From Camelus ferus (taxonomy: Eukaryota): a stretch of 64,000 bases of DNA. The first letter of the stretch is position 1; every line of letters starts with the position of its first letter. A model generated the notes under the pieces. That model saw only the letters and a program-made list of their open reading frames with translations, made no database searches and was not told where the DNA came from. This document shows positions 62,425-64,000 of the stretch, in pieces. The stretch spans positions 35,218,001-35,282,000 of the forward strand of contig NC_045697.1 of assembly GCF_009834535.1 (NCBI RefSeq), given 5' to 3'. The position numbers and the translations under genes are program-made.

Positions 62425-63045
62425 CACTCCTTTCCTGTGGCTGTTCTAACAAATTACCACAATGGTTTACAACAACACAAATCCAACACATTACATTACA
62501 GTTCTGGAGGCCAGAAGCTCAAAATGGGTCTCACTGGGTGCTCTAGTCCATTTGAGCTGCTGTAACATGTAGGGCCTCTTCTATAAGAGCACTAACCCCA
62601 TTCATGTGGGCTCCACCCTCAAGTCCTGATCACCTCCAAAGGCCCCACCTCCTAATACCATCACCCGGGGCTTTAGAATTCCAATACGTGAATCTGGAGG
62701 GACACAAACATTCAGACCATAGCACAGGGCTAAATCAAGGTGTCGACAGATCTGCCTGGAGGCTCTAGGGTTTCTTGCCTTTCCAGCTTCTAGAAGCCAC
62801 TCATTCCTTGACTTGTGACCCCTTCCTCCATCTTCAGAGTCAGTAAGGTTGAGCTGAGTCTTTCTCATTTTGCCATCTCTCTGGTTCTGTCTTCTGATCC
62901 ACTCTCATTGTTAAGGACCCTTTTGATTATATTGAGCCCATCTGGATAATCCTATTTTAAGGTCAGCTGATTAGCAACCTTAATTCCATTTGCAAATTTA
63001 ATTTCCCTTTGCTACATAACCTAACATAATCGCCCATTCTGCAGA
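62425..63045. mobile_element. MLT1C/D-like LTR with nested, internally deleted MLT1A-like LTR (~62539-62723)
   Basis: ctgtggctgttctaacaaattaccac..ctcactggg | tgctctagtccatttgagctgctgtaaca..cagaccatagca | cagggctaaatcaaggtgtcg; ctggg/caggg 5-bp TSD. Confidence 0.7.
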
Positions 63046-63208
63046 ACAGGAGGAGGGGGAGAGGGGGATGTAGGCTAGAAGAAGGCAAAAGCCTGCATGA
63101 ATAAATCCTTCACCAAAAAAATAAACGCCAAGAACCAAAGATTGCCAGGAGGGCCAGTGAAAACTAGATTCTCTTAAGTTAAATTATGTAACAAATACTG
63201 AATTTTAC

Positions 63209-63262
63209 CTTGGTGGACCAGTCCTTGGGTGACAAGCATGCTTACGAGAGAAAAAGGCAGAG
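63209..63262 (-). CDS. OCIAD2: OCIAD2 coding exon (gene continues beyond the window)
   Basis: ALPFSLVSMLVTQGLVHQG; ttttacag acceptor, GTAAAA donor; 54 nt. Confidence 0.95.
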
Positions 63263-64000
63263 CTGTAAAACAAAAACGCCCTTCAATATTGCTGTTTTAA
63301 AACTTGGCACCTCACCTAGAAGTCAGGGAGAATGACTCTGAGTGTTTTCTCAGCCTACCTTGGCAGTGGGAGTTTAGTCATTTGTTACTATTCAACAAAT
63401 ATTTGTTGAGCACAGCATGGAGAATTTTCCTGGGGTCTGCCCCAGGCACTCAGCCTGACATAGCAGTAATGTGACAAAACCTAAACCCCACGCAACTGCA
63501 ACTCCATCTCCAACACCCATCACGCATCTGGTCCTGATCACTGCATACCCATGGGCCTCTTCATGTGTGTGGACTTTGCTGTTGAATTTGGGAGTTGCTG
63601 CTAGCTATATACTTTGAAATTTTCAATCCTACATAAAAGTTTTATTAAAAAGTACAATAAATTGCATACCCTATCTAGGATAATTCTCTGCTTTTGTCTT
63701 TTATGATGTTTTGTGACACAATTTGGGTAAGTCTATCTTCTGAAGATTACTACATTCACACGGGCAATGTTTAGCAATGACTTTTAAAAACAGGCAAGTT
63801 CCTCTGACAAAGGCACTTTCTAGTTCTGTCAAAATGCGTCAAACGACTTCTTCCCAAAGCAAAGAGCAGTGATAAACATCTAGCTCCTCTTGGCAACCAT
63901 GACAAATCAAATAGAATCAATTCCTCCTCTCAGATCTACCTGATGAGAGAGGCAAGTGGGTCACACTGAAATGTTAAACTACTAGGGCTTAATTAAATGA

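Noticed and set aside
62068..62565. 165-aa + strand ORF
   Set aside because: TTG start, runs into MaLR LTR sequence, antisense within an OCIAD2 intron; no recognisable product.

Overview
Mammalian genomic DNA, most likely camelid (alpaca/camel), judged from seven copies of a Vic-1-like tRNA-derived SINE. The window holds the complete OCIAD1 gene (+ strand; CpG-island promoter ~30.1-30.9 kb; 8 coding exons 31920-52399; 247 aa) and the last four coding exons of its paralog OCIAD2 (- strand, 58062-63262), tail to tail. A second CpG island at 1-~960 is probably the FRYL promoter/first exon, inferred from synteny only. The rest is largely transposon debris (L1, L2, MIR, MaLR LTRs, MER/Tigger DNA elements), a tailless 5S rRNA retropseudogene and a probable processed pseudogene of unidentified parent. 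The most interesting candidate signals are (i) a chain of repeat-free, stop-poor, partly splice-flanked + strand blocks from 1.4 to 27.2 kb that may be a decayed multi-exon gene divergent from the FRYL promoter, and (ii) a polyY-AG|GTAAGA candidate recursive splice site plus alternative terminal options in OCIAD1 intron 7. Repeat family names and boundaries come from visual recall of consensus sequences and are approximate.
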